From the NCBI GenBank assembly GCA_002428605.1, contig DIXH01000025.1, positions 16,598 through 80,597 of the forward strand: 64,000 nucleotides of DNA. The letters run 5' to 3'. Source of the DNA: Clostridiaceae bacterium UBA6085 (lineage in GTDB: Bacteria; Bacillota; Clostridia; Clostridiales; Clostridiaceae). Positions 37,393 to 47,506 of the stretch are shown one piece after another. Position 1 is the first letter of the stretch, and every line of letters begins with the position of its first letter. The translations under genes were made by a program, and so were the position numbers. The notes beneath the pieces are model-generated. The model saw nothing but the letters and a program-made list of their open reading frames with translations, did no database searches and had not been told where the DNA came from.

Positions 37393-39042
37393 CTATAATA
37401 CTGCGCCCGGGCCAGGATAGAACCTTACAGGAAGGTCCACGGTAATTACAAGGGTGCTGCGGTCCGTCTTTCTGGCGCTTATCCTGCCTGAGTGCATCTT
37501 GACTATGTTTTCTGATATGGCAAGGCCGAGACCGCTGCCTCCGTTTCCGGAGAACCTTGATTTGTCCAGGCGGTAGAAACGCTCGAACATTTTCGGTATC
37601 TCTGACTCATCGATGTCGCCAACGGAATTTTCCACGGAGACCCTTGCCAGAGTAGCTCCTTCTTCAAGTGACAGCAATACCTTTATAGGTACCTTTTCTG
37701 TCGAATACTTGATTGCATTGGTTATGAGATTCTCAAAAAGCCTGACTATCTGCTGCACATCAGCTTCCACAATGACATCAACCTTAGGCATGACCTTCTC
37801 CAGGGTATGTCCATATTCTTCCGCAAGAGGGATCATCTCCTCCACAAGCTGCTCTATGAGCTCCCTGAGGCTTACATTCATGATGTTAAGCTTGTGCTCT
37901 GGGCTCTCAAGCTTTGAGTATTCAAACAGGGACTCTATGAGCTCCTTGAGCCTAAGTGACTTTGAACTTGCAATCTCGATGTATTCCTTCCTCTTCTCAG
38001 GTGATATCGCATCTGACTTGGCTAGCTCGATATATCCGATAATGGAGGTAAGAGGAGTCCTCAGGTCATGGGATACGTTAGTGATGAGGTCGTTCTTCAT
38101 CTGTTCGAGCTTGCGTTCCTCCTCGATCCTGACATCGATGTCCGTTGCCATGGAATTTATGCTCTTAGCAAGGTTTGTAAGCTCATCATTTCCCTTTACA
38201 GGAGCCTTGTACTTGAAGTTTCCTGTGGAAATGACCTTTACCGTATCAGAAAGCTGCTGGATGTAGTCCATCTTCCTCCTGGTTATTATGAGGAACAGGG
38301 CAACGAATAATAAAAGGGCAGCGAATAGGGCAAGTGATGTATTGTATACGTAGCTTAATGTGGTATCAACAACGGCTGCAGGAGCCGCCTTGACTATTAG
38401 ATACCTGTCCTCGTCCAGGAAATTCATGGGATAGACCAAAGTCATCTCCTGTGCAGGGTCCTGAGGTGTACCGGGATTATGGTAGATTGTTGTTGAACCG
38501 GAATAGGACACATCAAAGCTGTTCTTGAGCACGTCGAATATATCCAGTTTTGACTCTGAGACGCCCTCGGTCTTGAACTGGATGTTTCCGTTGAGGTCGG
38601 TAACCATTACCTTCAGGTTTTCGACCCTTGAGAAATCCTCAATGAGATTCTTCATTGCCTGATAAAGGTCGAACTGCTTGGCAAGTGGATTGTTCTCAGA
38701 AGGATACCTGACATTTCTCCTCATCTCGTCGGTTATTTCGGTCTCTTCCTTGTACCTTAAGTCATTGATCATCCTTTCGGCGATATCGTATGCCGAGTCC
38801 CTTATGCTCTCAATGCCGCTGTCGTAGGAGATATGGGAGGTCTCAACGGTCCTCTCAGTCATCTTGTATGTGACGTTGTAGCCGATAAAGGCCGCCACGA
38901 GGCAGATCGCTACGGCGAAAATAAGTTCAAGCTGGATGTTGCTTGAGATCCTGTCCCGGATGATGCCGTCTATAAGGCTGAAGAACCTGTCGGACCTCGA
39001 TGCCTTTTTATTTGCAGTAGCCTTGTTCTGCTTATTTTTCAA
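37393..39042 (-). CDS. HAMP-domain sensor histidine kinase
   Basis: Two TMs, HAMP, SHDLRTPLTS, NLITNAIKY, FERFYR and GSGLGLAI. Confidence 0.96.
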   Translation of the reverse strand: MKNKQNKATANKKASRSDRFFSLIDGIIRDRISSNIQLELIFAVAICLVAAFIGYNVTYKMTERTVETSHISYDSGIESIRDSAYDIAERMINDLRYKEETEITDEMRRNVRYPSENNPLAKQFDLYQAMKNLIEDFSRVENLKVMVTDLNGNIQFKTEGVSESKLDIFDVLKNSFDVSYSGSTTIYHNPGTPQDPAQEMTLVYPMNFLDEDRYLIVKAAPAAVVDTTLSYVYNTSLALFAALLLFVALFLIITRRKMDYIQQLSDTVKVISTGNFKYKAPVKGNDELTNLAKSINSMATDIDVRIEEERKLEQMKNDLITNVSHDLRTPLTSIIGYIELAKSDAISPEKRKEYIEIASSKSLRLKELIESLFEYSKLESPEHKLNIMNVSLRELIEQLVEEMIPLAEEYGHTLEKVMPKVDVIVEADVQQIVRLFENLITNAIKYSTEKVPIKVLLSLEEGATLARVSVENSVGDIDESEIPKMFERFYRLDKSRFSGNGGSGLGLAISENIVKMHSGRISARKTDRSTLVITVDLPVRFYPGPGAVL

Positions 39043-39727
39043 CCTTGTATCCTACTCCCCAGACTGTCTTGATGTATCTTGGATTCCTTGGATCGTCCTC
39101 GATCTTCTCCCTTAGCTTCCTGATATGGACCATTACGGTGTTTTCGGACTCAAGGAATTCCTCTTTCCAGACATTCTCATAAATCTTCTCGACGGAAAGC
39201 ACGATCCCCACGTTCCTTGTCATGTATTCAAGCATGTCGAATTCGGTCTTTGTAAGCTTGATGTCCTTCTCGCCCTTCTTGACCTCCCTTGTGCCTATGT
39301 TGATCGTGATGTCGTCAAGGGTAAGTACATTCTCGTTTCGTGGCTTTTCACTGTTAAGGACATAGTATCTCCTTAGCTGGCTCTTCACTCTTGCGATCAG
39401 CTCAAGGGGATTGAAGGGTTTGGTAAGATAATCGTCGGCGCCTGAAGTGAGGCCATGGATCTTGTCCATGTCCTGTGTCTTCGCTGAAAGCATTATGATC
39501 GGCATGTTCTTTGTCTTCCTGAGCTCCATTGTAGCCTGGATTCCATCCTTCTTGGGCATCATTATGTCCAGGATGATCAGGTCCACATGGTTGCTTGCGA
39601 TCATTTCCAGTGCCTCTTCTCCGTTTGTTGCCTTGAGCGTATTGTAGCCCTCGTTTGCAAGATAGATCTCGATGAGCTCCCTTATCTCCTTTTCATCGTC
39701 TACGATGAGTATTGTCTGTTTGTCCAT
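39032..39727 (-). CDS. OmpR-family response regulator
   Basis: ILIVDDE, LDIMMP, DDYLTKPF, VHIRKLREKIE and IKTVWGVGYK. Confidence 0.97.
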   Translation of the reverse strand: MDKQTILIVDDEKEIRELIEIYLANEGYNTLKATNGEEALEMIASNHVDLIILDIMMPKKDGIQATMELRKTKNMPIIMLSAKTQDMDKIHGLTSGADDYLTKPFNPLELIARVKSQLRRYYVLNSEKPRNENVLTLDDITINIGTREVKKGEKDIKLTKTEFDMLEYMTRNVGIVLSVEKIYENVWKEEFLESENTVMVHIRKLREKIEDDPRNPRYIKTVWGVGYKVEK

Positions 39728-39957
39728 ATTGAACCTCCGATATATATTGATACCAGTATATGGCATAATTCTTAATATTTGTGTCTTCAAGCCTTAATCG
39801 GGCCTGAAATAGCGTTCCTATAAGGTTATTATACAATATAGTGGAATTTAAGCCATTTTCAATTAGGCATCAAAGGGAAAGTTCATCTTTTCTTAAGGTT
39901 TAAGCAAGATTGCTTCTGTAGTATGATATGTGTATAAATTTAAGCAAGAGGATCGAT

Positions 39958-42837
39958 ATGGATTTTAAGAATAGAAAAAAGAAGAAATTTGACAGATACA
40001 ATGCTCTGCTCATCGTTATGCTTGCAGTATTCAGTGTAATCATCGCAAGGCTTACAACGCTTCAGGTGATAATGGGCGAGGAATACGCTGAACGGGCAAA
40101 TGACGAATTCATCAAGAACCTGAGCGAGAAAGCCCCCAGAGGGGACATCATCGACAGCGAGGGGAATATCCTTGCAACATCGGTCCAGAGCTACAATCTC
40201 GTATACGTGGATACCGCCGAGGCAAGGAAAGAGATATACAATACAATAGACAAGGTGAACTCACTGCTGGAAAAGGCTGGGGAGTCTGATTCTGATGCCT
40301 TCGAACTGAAGCTTGAACCTTTCAGGTTCGAGTTCTCATCTGAAACCCCGGAGGGACTCAGGCGCCTTGAGCTCAGATGGAAAAAGGACAGAGGGATCGA
40401 TTCCCTGATATTCAATGAGTCGCTGATGGCGACCACGGGAAAGGAAAAGATCTCGGAGCTCAATGAGTCGGAGACAGACCTCCTTGACGGCATGGTGATC
40501 GCATACGGAGCAGAGGATACCTTCTATTATCTGATAAAGAAATACAAGATATATGAGGCCCTTGAAGATGGTTCCGACAAGAACAAGGAGTATTCAACGA
40601 TGAGCGGTGAGGAGCTTTATGCTTTGATGAGCACGAGGCTTTCAGATGCTGCGATCAGGGACTACATAGAGATCAAGGACAGCATAACAATGGAGAGCTA
40701 CCAGGGCTCAAGGGCTGTTACGATTGTAAACAACATGAAGGAGGACAGCGCTTTCACATTCATGCAGCAGCTGTCTGACCTTCCGGGCATACAGGTTGAC
40801 ACGGAGCCCATAAGGCTTTATCCATACGGCGAGATGGCGGCTCATGTCCTGGGCTATCTGTCACCTATAAACAGTACCCAGAAGGACAGGTATGAGGAAA
40901 GAGGCTATGACGTATCAGTAGACTACATCGGCGCTTCCGGAATAGAGGCGGCATATGAGGACAGGCTCAAGGGAAGCAAGGGTGGAAGTACGGTCGAAGT
41001 AGACAAGAACGGAAGGACCGTCAAGGAGCTCTTCAGACTGGATGTCAACCCGGGCAACACCGTTCAGCTTTCAATCGATATGGAGCTTCAGAACATAGCT
41101 GAAAAAGGCCTTAGAGAGATTTCAGAACAGCTGACGACAACCAATAGGATACACACGACAGGCGGATATATTTCGGATTCCTCGAATGCGACAAGAGGAG
41201 CTGTTGTGGCAATTGAGGTCAAGACAGGGAGGGTGCTGACATTAGCAAGCTTCCCGAGCTACGATCCCAACATATTCGCAGTCCCCGGAAGGCTTACTCC
41301 GGAACTTTACAGGAAATACTTCAATCCTGACTATGAAGCCTTTGGCAATGACCTCATACAAAGGCTCAACCTCAGGGACAAGGAAGGAAATGCGATAAGC
41401 ATTGACTACCTTTTCCCACTTAATTCAGACGGTACGAGAAGGGACCCATATGACCTTTATGCAAGGCCGTTCTTCAATTACGCAACGCAGGGAATAACGC
41501 CTCCCGGATCCACATTCAAGCCTATAACGGCAGTGGCAGCCCTTGAGGAAGGAGCAATAACACCTTCTACGATAATATTCGACGGCGGATCGTTCACAAG
41601 CTCATCACTTCGAGGCTACAGGGTTAGGAATGACGGAGGCTCTGCCTACGGTTCCCTTAACCTGAATAAGGCGATGGCCAAGTCTTCTAACGTGTTTTTT
41701 GCAGACCTTGGCTACAGGCTCTACCAGAACGGAGGACTGAACTCCATATCCGAATGGGCATGGAAGCTGGGTCTCGGCCACAACCCCGATGAGCCTGCCC
41801 ACAGCACCACAGGTATCGAGATAAGCGAGAACATACAAAGCAATGTTTACAACCACGAGAGCAAGAGGCTGATAACCCAGAGGCTCATAAATTTCGGCGT
41901 TGTCGAGTTCCTGAATGCAGGAAAGGCAAGGAACGGTTCTGCGTTCAAGCCCATAAGCATAGGTGTCGACAATGCTGACATGGATTCAACGGCACTTGCG
42001 AAACAGGCAATCAAGGATGCGGTCAAGGATGCCCTTGATATAAGCCTTGATGATGCCAATATCAGGAAGGGACCGAAGCTTGAGGACTTCTCGAAGGTAC
42101 TGACACCTCTTTTCCAGGACTTTATCGATACTCTTCCTGCAGGGTCTGATGTTGAGAAGGCAAGCTACTATGCGAACCAGATAGCAGAATATATTGTGTA
42201 TGACAAGGTAAATGAGATGTGGAGCCCGGTCAATGTAATATCCGCTTCGCTCGGACAGGGCGATACCCAGATAAGCCTGCTTCAGATGGCGAACTCCATA
42301 GCTACCATAGCAAATGGCGGAACCAGATACAGGACCTCCCTGGTGGACAGGGTCCTCGATGAGGAAGGCAACATAATACTTGAAAACCAGCCTGAAGTAC
42401 TTGAGGAGACCGGAATAAGCGCAAGCACCCTTGAAGCTGTAAGAAACAGCATGAGGGCTGTAAATGAGCCAGGCGGTACAGCCTACTCAACCTTCAGGAA
42501 TTTCCCTATAGCTACCGCAGGAAAGACAGGAACCGCAAGCGTACGAAGCAATGATTCTGCATTCATAGGAAGGTCCGCGTACGGAGTGTATGTCACATAC
42601 GCACCTGCTGATGACCCTCTGATCGCGATTGCCGTAGTAGTATACGACAGCACCAGAGGATCATATGTGGCACCGATAGCTCTTGCCATGTACGAGGAGT
42701 ATTTCAAGGACATGCTGGAGACTCAGTATCCGGGCTACGTAAGGAAATACAACTATGAGATAGATGACCCGTACGAACAGGTGACAGGTGATTATGACGG
42801 AAATCCGATAGAGGATGAGACTGTTGTAAATCAGTAG
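39958..42837 (+). CDS. class B penicillin-binding protein (PBP2/MrdA-like) with large insertions
   Basis: N-terminal TM, PRGDIID, and intact STFK, SSN and KTG motifs. Confidence 0.93.
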   Translation: MDFKNRKKKKFDRYNALLIVMLAVFSVIIARLTTLQVIMGEEYAERANDEFIKNLSEKAPRGDIIDSEGNILATSVQSYNLVYVDTAEARKEIYNTIDKVNSLLEKAGESDSDAFELKLEPFRFEFSSETPEGLRRLELRWKKDRGIDSLIFNESLMATTGKEKISELNESETDLLDGMVIAYGAEDTFYYLIKKYKIYEALEDGSDKNKEYSTMSGEELYALMSTRLSDAAIRDYIEIKDSITMESYQGSRAVTIVNNMKEDSAFTFMQQLSDLPGIQVDTEPIRLYPYGEMAAHVLGYLSPINSTQKDRYEERGYDVSVDYIGASGIEAAYEDRLKGSKGGSTVEVDKNGRTVKELFRLDVNPGNTVQLSIDMELQNIAEKGLREISEQLTTTNRIHTTGGYISDSSNATRGAVVAIEVKTGRVLTLASFPSYDPNIFAVPGRLTPELYRKYFNPDYEAFGNDLIQRLNLRDKEGNAISIDYLFPLNSDGTRRDPYDLYARPFFNYATQGITPPGSTFKPITAVAALEEGAITPSTIIFDGGSFTSSSLRGYRVRNDGGSAYGSLNLNKAMAKSSNVFFADLGYRLYQNGGLNSISEWAWKLGLGHNPDEPAHSTTGIEISENIQSNVYNHESKRLITQRLINFGVVEFLNAGKARNGSAFKPISIGVDNADMDSTALAKQAIKDAVKDALDISLDDANIRKGPKLEDFSKVLTPLFQDFIDTLPAGSDVEKASYYANQIAEYIVYDKVNEMWSPVNVISASLGQGDTQISLLQMANSIATIANGGTRYRTSLVDRVLDEEGNIILENQPEVLEETGISASTLEAVRNSMRAVNEPGGTAYSTFRNFPIATAGKTGTASVRSNDSAFIGRSAYGVYVTYAPADDPLIAIAVVVYDSTRGSYVAPIALAMYEEYFKDMLETQYPGYVRKYNYEIDDPYEQVTGDYDGNPIEDETVVNQ

Positions 42838-42852
42838 GATGATGGAGGTACC

Positions 42853-43749
42853 ATGGAAAGAGTGAAGCCACAATATGCGGTCATGGCATTTGCTGCTGCA
42901 GCACTGTATGCAGCAAGCGCTCCGGCATCCAAGCTTCTGCTTGAACAGGCAACGCCTGTCTTCATGGCTTCCTTCCTTTATCTAGGAGCCGGAATAGGCA
43001 TGTCCCTTGTTGGCATGCTTCGCAAAAGCCTCAATAATGGACATAAGGAAACGAGGCTGGACAGGAGTGACCTGACCTTTGTGGTGCTTATGATCATCCT
43101 GGACATCATAGCTCCGATCCTTCTTATGATAGGACTGAGGATGACCACCGCTTCAAATGCATCGCTGCTTAACAACTTCGAGATCGCAGCCACTTCAATG
43201 ATAGCATTCATGCTATTCGGCGAGCCTGTGTCGAAGAGGCTCTGGAAGGGGATAGCCGTAATAACGGCAGCAAGCATGCTGCTGTCGCTTGGAGAAGCTG
43301 GCAGCCTGAACTTTTCACTTGGTTCAGTCTTCGTGCTTCTGGCAGCTACAGCCTGGGGATTTGAGAACAATTGCACCAGGATGCTTTCGCTAAAGGATCC
43401 GCTTCAGGTGGTTGTCCTTAAAGGCCTTGGATCAGGAGCTGGGTCTCTCATTGTAGCGTTTTTGATCGGAGATGCACCTCCTGAACTGAAATTTGTGCTA
43501 TATGCAATGATATTGGGGTTTTTCTCATATGGAATGAGCATATGGCTCTACGTATATGCACAGAGAGGACTTGGCGCCGCGAGGACAAGCTCCTACTACG
43601 CTGTTGCGCCGTTTATAGGAGCCGCCATATCGTATGCGGTATTCCACGATCCATTGTCTCCGACCTTCCTTGCAGCCCTTGTGCTGATGATGATCGGAAG
43701 CTACCTTGCTGCCTTTGATGGATTACGGCGGGAGAAACAAAGCACCTAA
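42853..43749 (+). CDS. DMT/EamA-family transporter
   Basis: 10 TM in two EamA repeats; ASLLNNFE and WGFENN. Confidence 0.88.
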   Translation: MERVKPQYAVMAFAAAALYAASAPASKLLLEQATPVFMASFLYLGAGIGMSLVGMLRKSLNNGHKETRLDRSDLTFVVLMIILDIIAPILLMIGLRMTTASNASLLNNFEIAATSMIAFMLFGEPVSKRLWKGIAVITAASMLLSLGEAGSLNFSLGSVFVLLAATAWGFENNCTRMLSLKDPLQVVVLKGLGSGAGSLIVAFLIGDAPPELKFVLYAMILGFFSYGMSIWLYVYAQRGLGAARTSSYYAVAPFIGAAISYAVFHDPLSPTFLAALVLMMIGSYLAAFDGLRREKQST

Positions 43750-43874
43750 ATCAGCTTATTTTAATTGTGAATTTTTAAGCAATATTTAGAGTTGATGCTG
43801 TACCATTGTACTGTCAAATCTGCTATAATTTATGGGTTGAAAAGTAATGCCTTGAAGGCGAAATAGGGAATGAT

Positions 43875-44273
43875 ATGAAAGTTAAGAAATGGGACATTAT
43901 AATAATCGCATTATTCGTGCTCCTGTCCTTTGTTCCTGTCGGCATATTCGCCATGACAGTTGCAGGCAATGATGAGACTGACGGCGTATATGCCGTGGTA
44001 ACGGTGCAGGGAGAGGAATACAGGACGATAAAGCTCACCGGGCATACTGGAAGCGAGGACATCCTTGTCAAGACCGAGCTCGGTATGAACCTTATTCAGG
44101 TCGTTGACGGGAAGGTAATGATGTTCGAAGCAGACTGTCCTGACCAGGTGTGCGTATACCAGGGCGCTGCGAGCAAGCCTGGTGATATGATAGTATGCCT
44201 GCCTCACAAGGTAGTGGTTGAAATCAAGGGTACGGTTCCTGATGAAGAACAGACCGATATTACCACGAATTGA
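43875..44273 (+). CDS. NusG domain II/DUF1312 (Lin0431-like) protein
   Basis: KKWD N-terminus with TM; EADCPDQVC and IVCLPHKVVVEI. Confidence 0.88.
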   Translation: MKVKKWDIIIIALFVLLSFVPVGIFAMTVAGNDETDGVYAVVTVQGEEYRTIKLTGHTGSEDILVKTELGMNLIQVVDGKVMMFEADCPDQVCVYQGAASKPGDMIVCLPHKVVVEIKGTVPDEEQTDITTN

Positions 44274-44283
44274 GGTGGAAAGC

Positions 44284-44814
44284 ATGAACAAGACAACAAG
44301 GATGGTTTTCATAGCACTTATAGTAGCGCAGGCCCTTGTGCTTCACGTGGTAGAGGGCATGATACCTCTTCCGATCGGCGTTCCGGGTGCAAGGCTGGGA
44401 CTTGCCAACATATTCACGATAATTTCCCTGTATACTCTTGGATTCAAGTCATCACTGGTTGTGGTACTTCTGAGGGTCTTCCTGGCCACCTTCTTCGGCG
44501 GTAACCTGTCGTCCATGCTGTACAGCCTGAGCGGAGGACTGCTTAGCCTTATGGTGATGGCAGCGGTAAAGAATCTTCTGAAGGACAAGGTCTCCATCAT
44601 AGGTGTATCCGGCGCAGGAGCCATAAGCCACAACATAGGTCAGCTTCTTGTTGCTTCCTACATTGTGCAGAATATTACTGTAATGCTGTATCTGCCGGTA
44701 CTGACCTTCATAGGCATCGGAACGGGTATATTCGTAGGCATCACTGCTAATTTCATCATGGCTCACCTGAGGAAGATCCCTTCCCTGAAGAAGATAATGG
44801 CAACTGTCGAGTAA
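44284..44814 (+). CDS. Gx transporter family / heptaprenyl diphosphate synthase component I-like ECF-type membrane protein
   Basis: PGARLGLAN, YSLSGG and HNIGQL. Confidence 0.88.
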   Translation: MNKTTRMVFIALIVAQALVLHVVEGMIPLPIGVPGARLGLANIFTIISLYTLGFKSSLVVVLLRVFLATFFGGNLSSMLYSLSGGLLSLMVMAAVKNLLKDKVSIIGVSGAGAISHNIGQLLVASYIVQNITVMLYLPVLTFIGIGTGIFVGITANFIMAHLRKIPSLKKIMATVE

Positions 44815-44917
44815 CCGGAGCATCATGCGTGGCATGGTGCTTTTTTCATTGAAAGAAGCTAAAAAATAAGCCTGAAAAAATATTTTATAAAAATGAATGA
44901 ATTGTTAACAAAGACTA

Positions 44918-44988
44918 TTGACACTGAATATATGCAGTGATAATATTAAAAGTTATAATTTGACAGAAAAACTTCTTTAGGGTATAAT
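44918..44988 (+). promoter_or_regulatory. tandem sigma-A promoters of veg
   Basis: TTGACA(44918)-N17-TAATAT and a perfect TTGACA(44960)-N17-TATAAT. Confidence 0.8.
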
Positions 44989-45010
44989 GGTACAGGAAGA
45001 AGGTGGTTTG

Positions 45011-45256
45011 ATGGACAGGAACACCAGCGTAGAGAGCATTGAAGCCATACGCGAGGAAATCTCGAACAACGTAGGAAAAAACGTCAAATTGAAAGCCAAT
45101 GTTGGCAGACGGAAGATTTACGAGAGCACCGGCATAATCGAACAGGCTTATTCCAGTATTTTTCTAGTAAGACTGGACAACGAAAGCAAAGGGACTGTTA
45201 CATTCAGCTACTCAGACGTACTGACAAAGACAGTTCAGCTGTTATACAAGAACTAA
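45011..45256 (+). CDS. veg: Veg family protein
   Basis: VKLKANVGRRK, GIIEQAYSSIF and FSYSDVLTKTV. Confidence 0.92.
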   Translation: MDRNTSVESIEAIREEISNNVGKNVKLKANVGRRKIYESTGIIEQAYSSIFLVRLDNESKGTVTFSYSDVLTKTVQLLYKN

Positions 45257-45282
45257 AGGCATCCAATCCGGGTGCCTTTTTC
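45257..45282 (+). terminator. veg terminator
   Basis: AGGCATCC-AATCC-GGGTGCCT-TTTT. Confidence 0.7.
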
Positions 45283-45320
45283 CTGTTTTTGGGATATAAT
45301 TTAGGCAATGGAGTCTGTGG

Positions 45321-45373
45321 GGTGAAAGTATCACCATACGGTGAAATTATCACCAATCGGTGAAAGTATCACC
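45321..45373. repeat. three tandem 15-bp palindromes GGTGA-AA(G/T)TA-TCACC with a 19-bp period
   Basis: Copies at 45321-45335, 45340-45354 and 45359-45373, with spacers ATAC and AATC. Confidence 0.95.
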
Positions 45374-45387
45374 TCTACTGGAAGGAG

Positions 45388-46239
45388 ATGCCTGAAATGA
45401 GGCTTGAAGCACATGCGAAAATCAACCTGTCCCTTGATATCGTCGCAAAGAGGGAGGATGGCTATCATCTCCTTGAAATGGTAATGCAGGAAATTGAGCT
45501 GCACGACGTGGTTGAGGTAGAAAAAGCGGATAAGGGCATAACCCTTTCCTGCAGCAAGGAGTACATACCCTGCAATTCAAAGAATACAGCCTATAAGGCT
45601 GCTGAAATGATGATCAAGAGATGCGGTATAGATGGGGGAGTAAGGATATCTATCGAGAAGAACATACCTGTAGCTGCCGGACTTGCCGGGGGCTCCACAG
45701 ATGCCGCTGCGGTCATCAGAGGTATGAATGAGGTTTATGGCCTGGGCTTGTCCATGGAAGAGATGATGGGTCTTGGACTGAAGGTGGGAGCAGACGTGCC
45801 TTATTGCCTTGTGGGCGGGACAGCCCTCTGCAGCGGGGTAGGTGAAGTAGTGAAACCGCTGAAGCCATTTTCAGGAGTTGACGTCCTTCTTGTTAAGCCT
45901 GCATTCGGTGTGTCGACCAAGGATGCCTATATGGGATTCGAGCTGGACAAGGTGAAGAGGCACGTATCAACCAGAAGGCTGATCTCTGCAATGGAAATGC
46001 GGAATCTTGACGCAGTCGCATATAACATGCGGAACCTGCTTGAGAATGTGACCCTCAGGAAGCACCCTATATTGAAGACCATCAAGGAGTCGCTTTCTGA
46101 ACATGGAGCTATAGGCACCCTGATGAGCGGAAGCGGCCCGACCGTGTATGGGATCTTCAGTAATGCAGAGGATGCCGGAAAGGCGGAAGTGTTTTTCAGG
46201 GACAAGTACAGGGAAGTAATACTTACAAAGACAAGATAA
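45388..46239 (+). CDS. ispE: 4-diphosphocytidyl-2-C-methyl-D-erythritol kinase
   Basis: AKINLSL, IPVAAGLAGGSTDAA and MSGSGPTV. Confidence 0.97.
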   Translation: MPEMRLEAHAKINLSLDIVAKREDGYHLLEMVMQEIELHDVVEVEKADKGITLSCSKEYIPCNSKNTAYKAAEMMIKRCGIDGGVRISIEKNIPVAAGLAGGSTDAAAVIRGMNEVYGLGLSMEEMMGLGLKVGADVPYCLVGGTALCSGVGEVVKPLKPFSGVDVLLVKPAFGVSTKDAYMGFELDKVKRHVSTRRLISAMEMRNLDAVAYNMRNLLENVTLRKHPILKTIKESLSEHGAIGTLMSGSGPTVYGIFSNAEDAGKAEVFFRDKYREVILTKTR

Positions 46240-46262
46240 AGGACCCAAACTTTGGGTCCTTA
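46238..46262. terminator. bidirectional terminator
   Basis: AAGGACCCAA-ACT-TTGGGTCCTT. Confidence 0.75.
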
Positions 46263-47384
46263 AATTATTGCTTCATTTTTTGCTGCCAGTCTCTTAAGGA
46301 GCGCATACACTTCATCAGCCGCGTTCTGCTTTGAATGCTCCCTTGACCTCGCCTTCATCCTTGCGAGCCTCATCTCGTCCTTCATGAGGCTGCATATGGC
46401 ATCCCTGCAGTCGGTGCCTGAACCTATGTCAAGAGCCAGGTCATGCCTCAGGAGATAGGCTGCATTCTGGGCTTCCTGTCCCGGAACGGCTGAGAATATG
46501 GCAAGCGGGGTGCCTGTCACGAAGCTTTCCGCAACTGTCAGTCCGCCTGGCTTTGTCACCAGCAGGTCCGTGATCCCGAGGATGTCGTCCATGTTGTCAA
46601 CATATGTGAGGTTCAGGAATTTTCTTTCTGAGGCTTCATTGATCTCGGTCATCCTCTCATGCAGCTTGAGGTTTCCGCCGGATACCACTATAAGCTGCAG
46701 ATCGCACTCAATGGACAGGAGTTCCCGTACAATGATCTCTATGTTGCCAAGCCCAAGGCTTCCTCCCATAACTGTTATGGTCCTCTTGTCCGTGAGTCCC
46801 AGTTCCCTAAGGGTCTCGGACCTTTCAGGATGCTGCGCGAACTTCCGTCCTGTAGGTATCCCGAATACATGGATGCTGCCTTCCTCAATGCCTCTTTCCT
46901 TCAGCTCATCTATCATGTCATCGTTCGAGACCACATAGGCTTCAATGTTCCTGTGAACCCAGAAAGAGTGTGCGCCGAAGTCAGTCATGACTACACAGCC
47001 TGGCTTCATGAGGCTGTGGTTTTTCTTCAGCATTGAAAGTACTTGCGACGTGAAGGGGTGGGTGGCGACGATGACGTCGGGATTGAATTCATCTATGGTC
47101 GGGATAAGTCCCTTTGTCACATATTCATACCAAAACCTTGTTACTGCTATGGATTCCCTGTTGTCCGCATATTTATAAAGGTATTTGAAGAAAACCGGGT
47201 AGTACTTGATGCTTTTCAGGTACGTGCCGATAACCAGCTTGTCCAGCGTTGGGCTGATGTATTTTATTGTATTGATGACCCTGACCTCTGAACCCGGTTC
47301 GTTCCTGAGGACAGCCTCTTTAATGGCTTCCGCAGCTTTGTTGTGGCCGCTGCCTGCGGATACAGTAAGTATCAATGCCCTCAT
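46260..47384 (-). CDS. MGDG synthase/UgtP-family diacylglycerol glycosyltransferase (GT28)
   Basis: GSGHNKAA, ATHPF, TDF, MGGSLG, TKPGGLT and PGQE. Confidence 0.92.
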   Translation of the reverse strand: MRALILTVSAGSGHNKAAEAIKEAVLRNEPGSEVRVINTIKYISPTLDKLVIGTYLKSIKYYPVFFKYLYKYADNRESIAVTRFWYEYVTKGLIPTIDEFNPDVIVATHPFTSQVLSMLKKNHSLMKPGCVVMTDFGAHSFWVHRNIEAYVVSNDDMIDELKERGIEEGSIHVFGIPTGRKFAQHPERSETLRELGLTDKRTITVMGGSLGLGNIEIIVRELLSIECDLQLIVVSGGNLKLHERMTEINEASERKFLNLTYVDNMDDILGITDLLVTKPGGLTVAESFVTGTPLAIFSAVPGQEAQNAAYLLRHDLALDIGSGTDCRDAICSLMKDEMRLARMKARSREHSKQNAADEVYALLKRLAAKNEAII

Positions 47385-47506
47385 GAGGAACACTCCTTTT
47401 GCCGTACACCAGTGTTATTTTCTGTTATAATTATAGCATAGACGATTTCGATATTCGGAAGCTTAATGAAATTATAAGATAAACCTAACAATATGCGGGG
47501 TGGCAG

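Noticed and set aside
45321..45373. Mini-CRISPR interpretation of the palindromic repeats
   Set aside because: The repeats are 15 bp with 4-bp spacers, and there are no cas genes or leader
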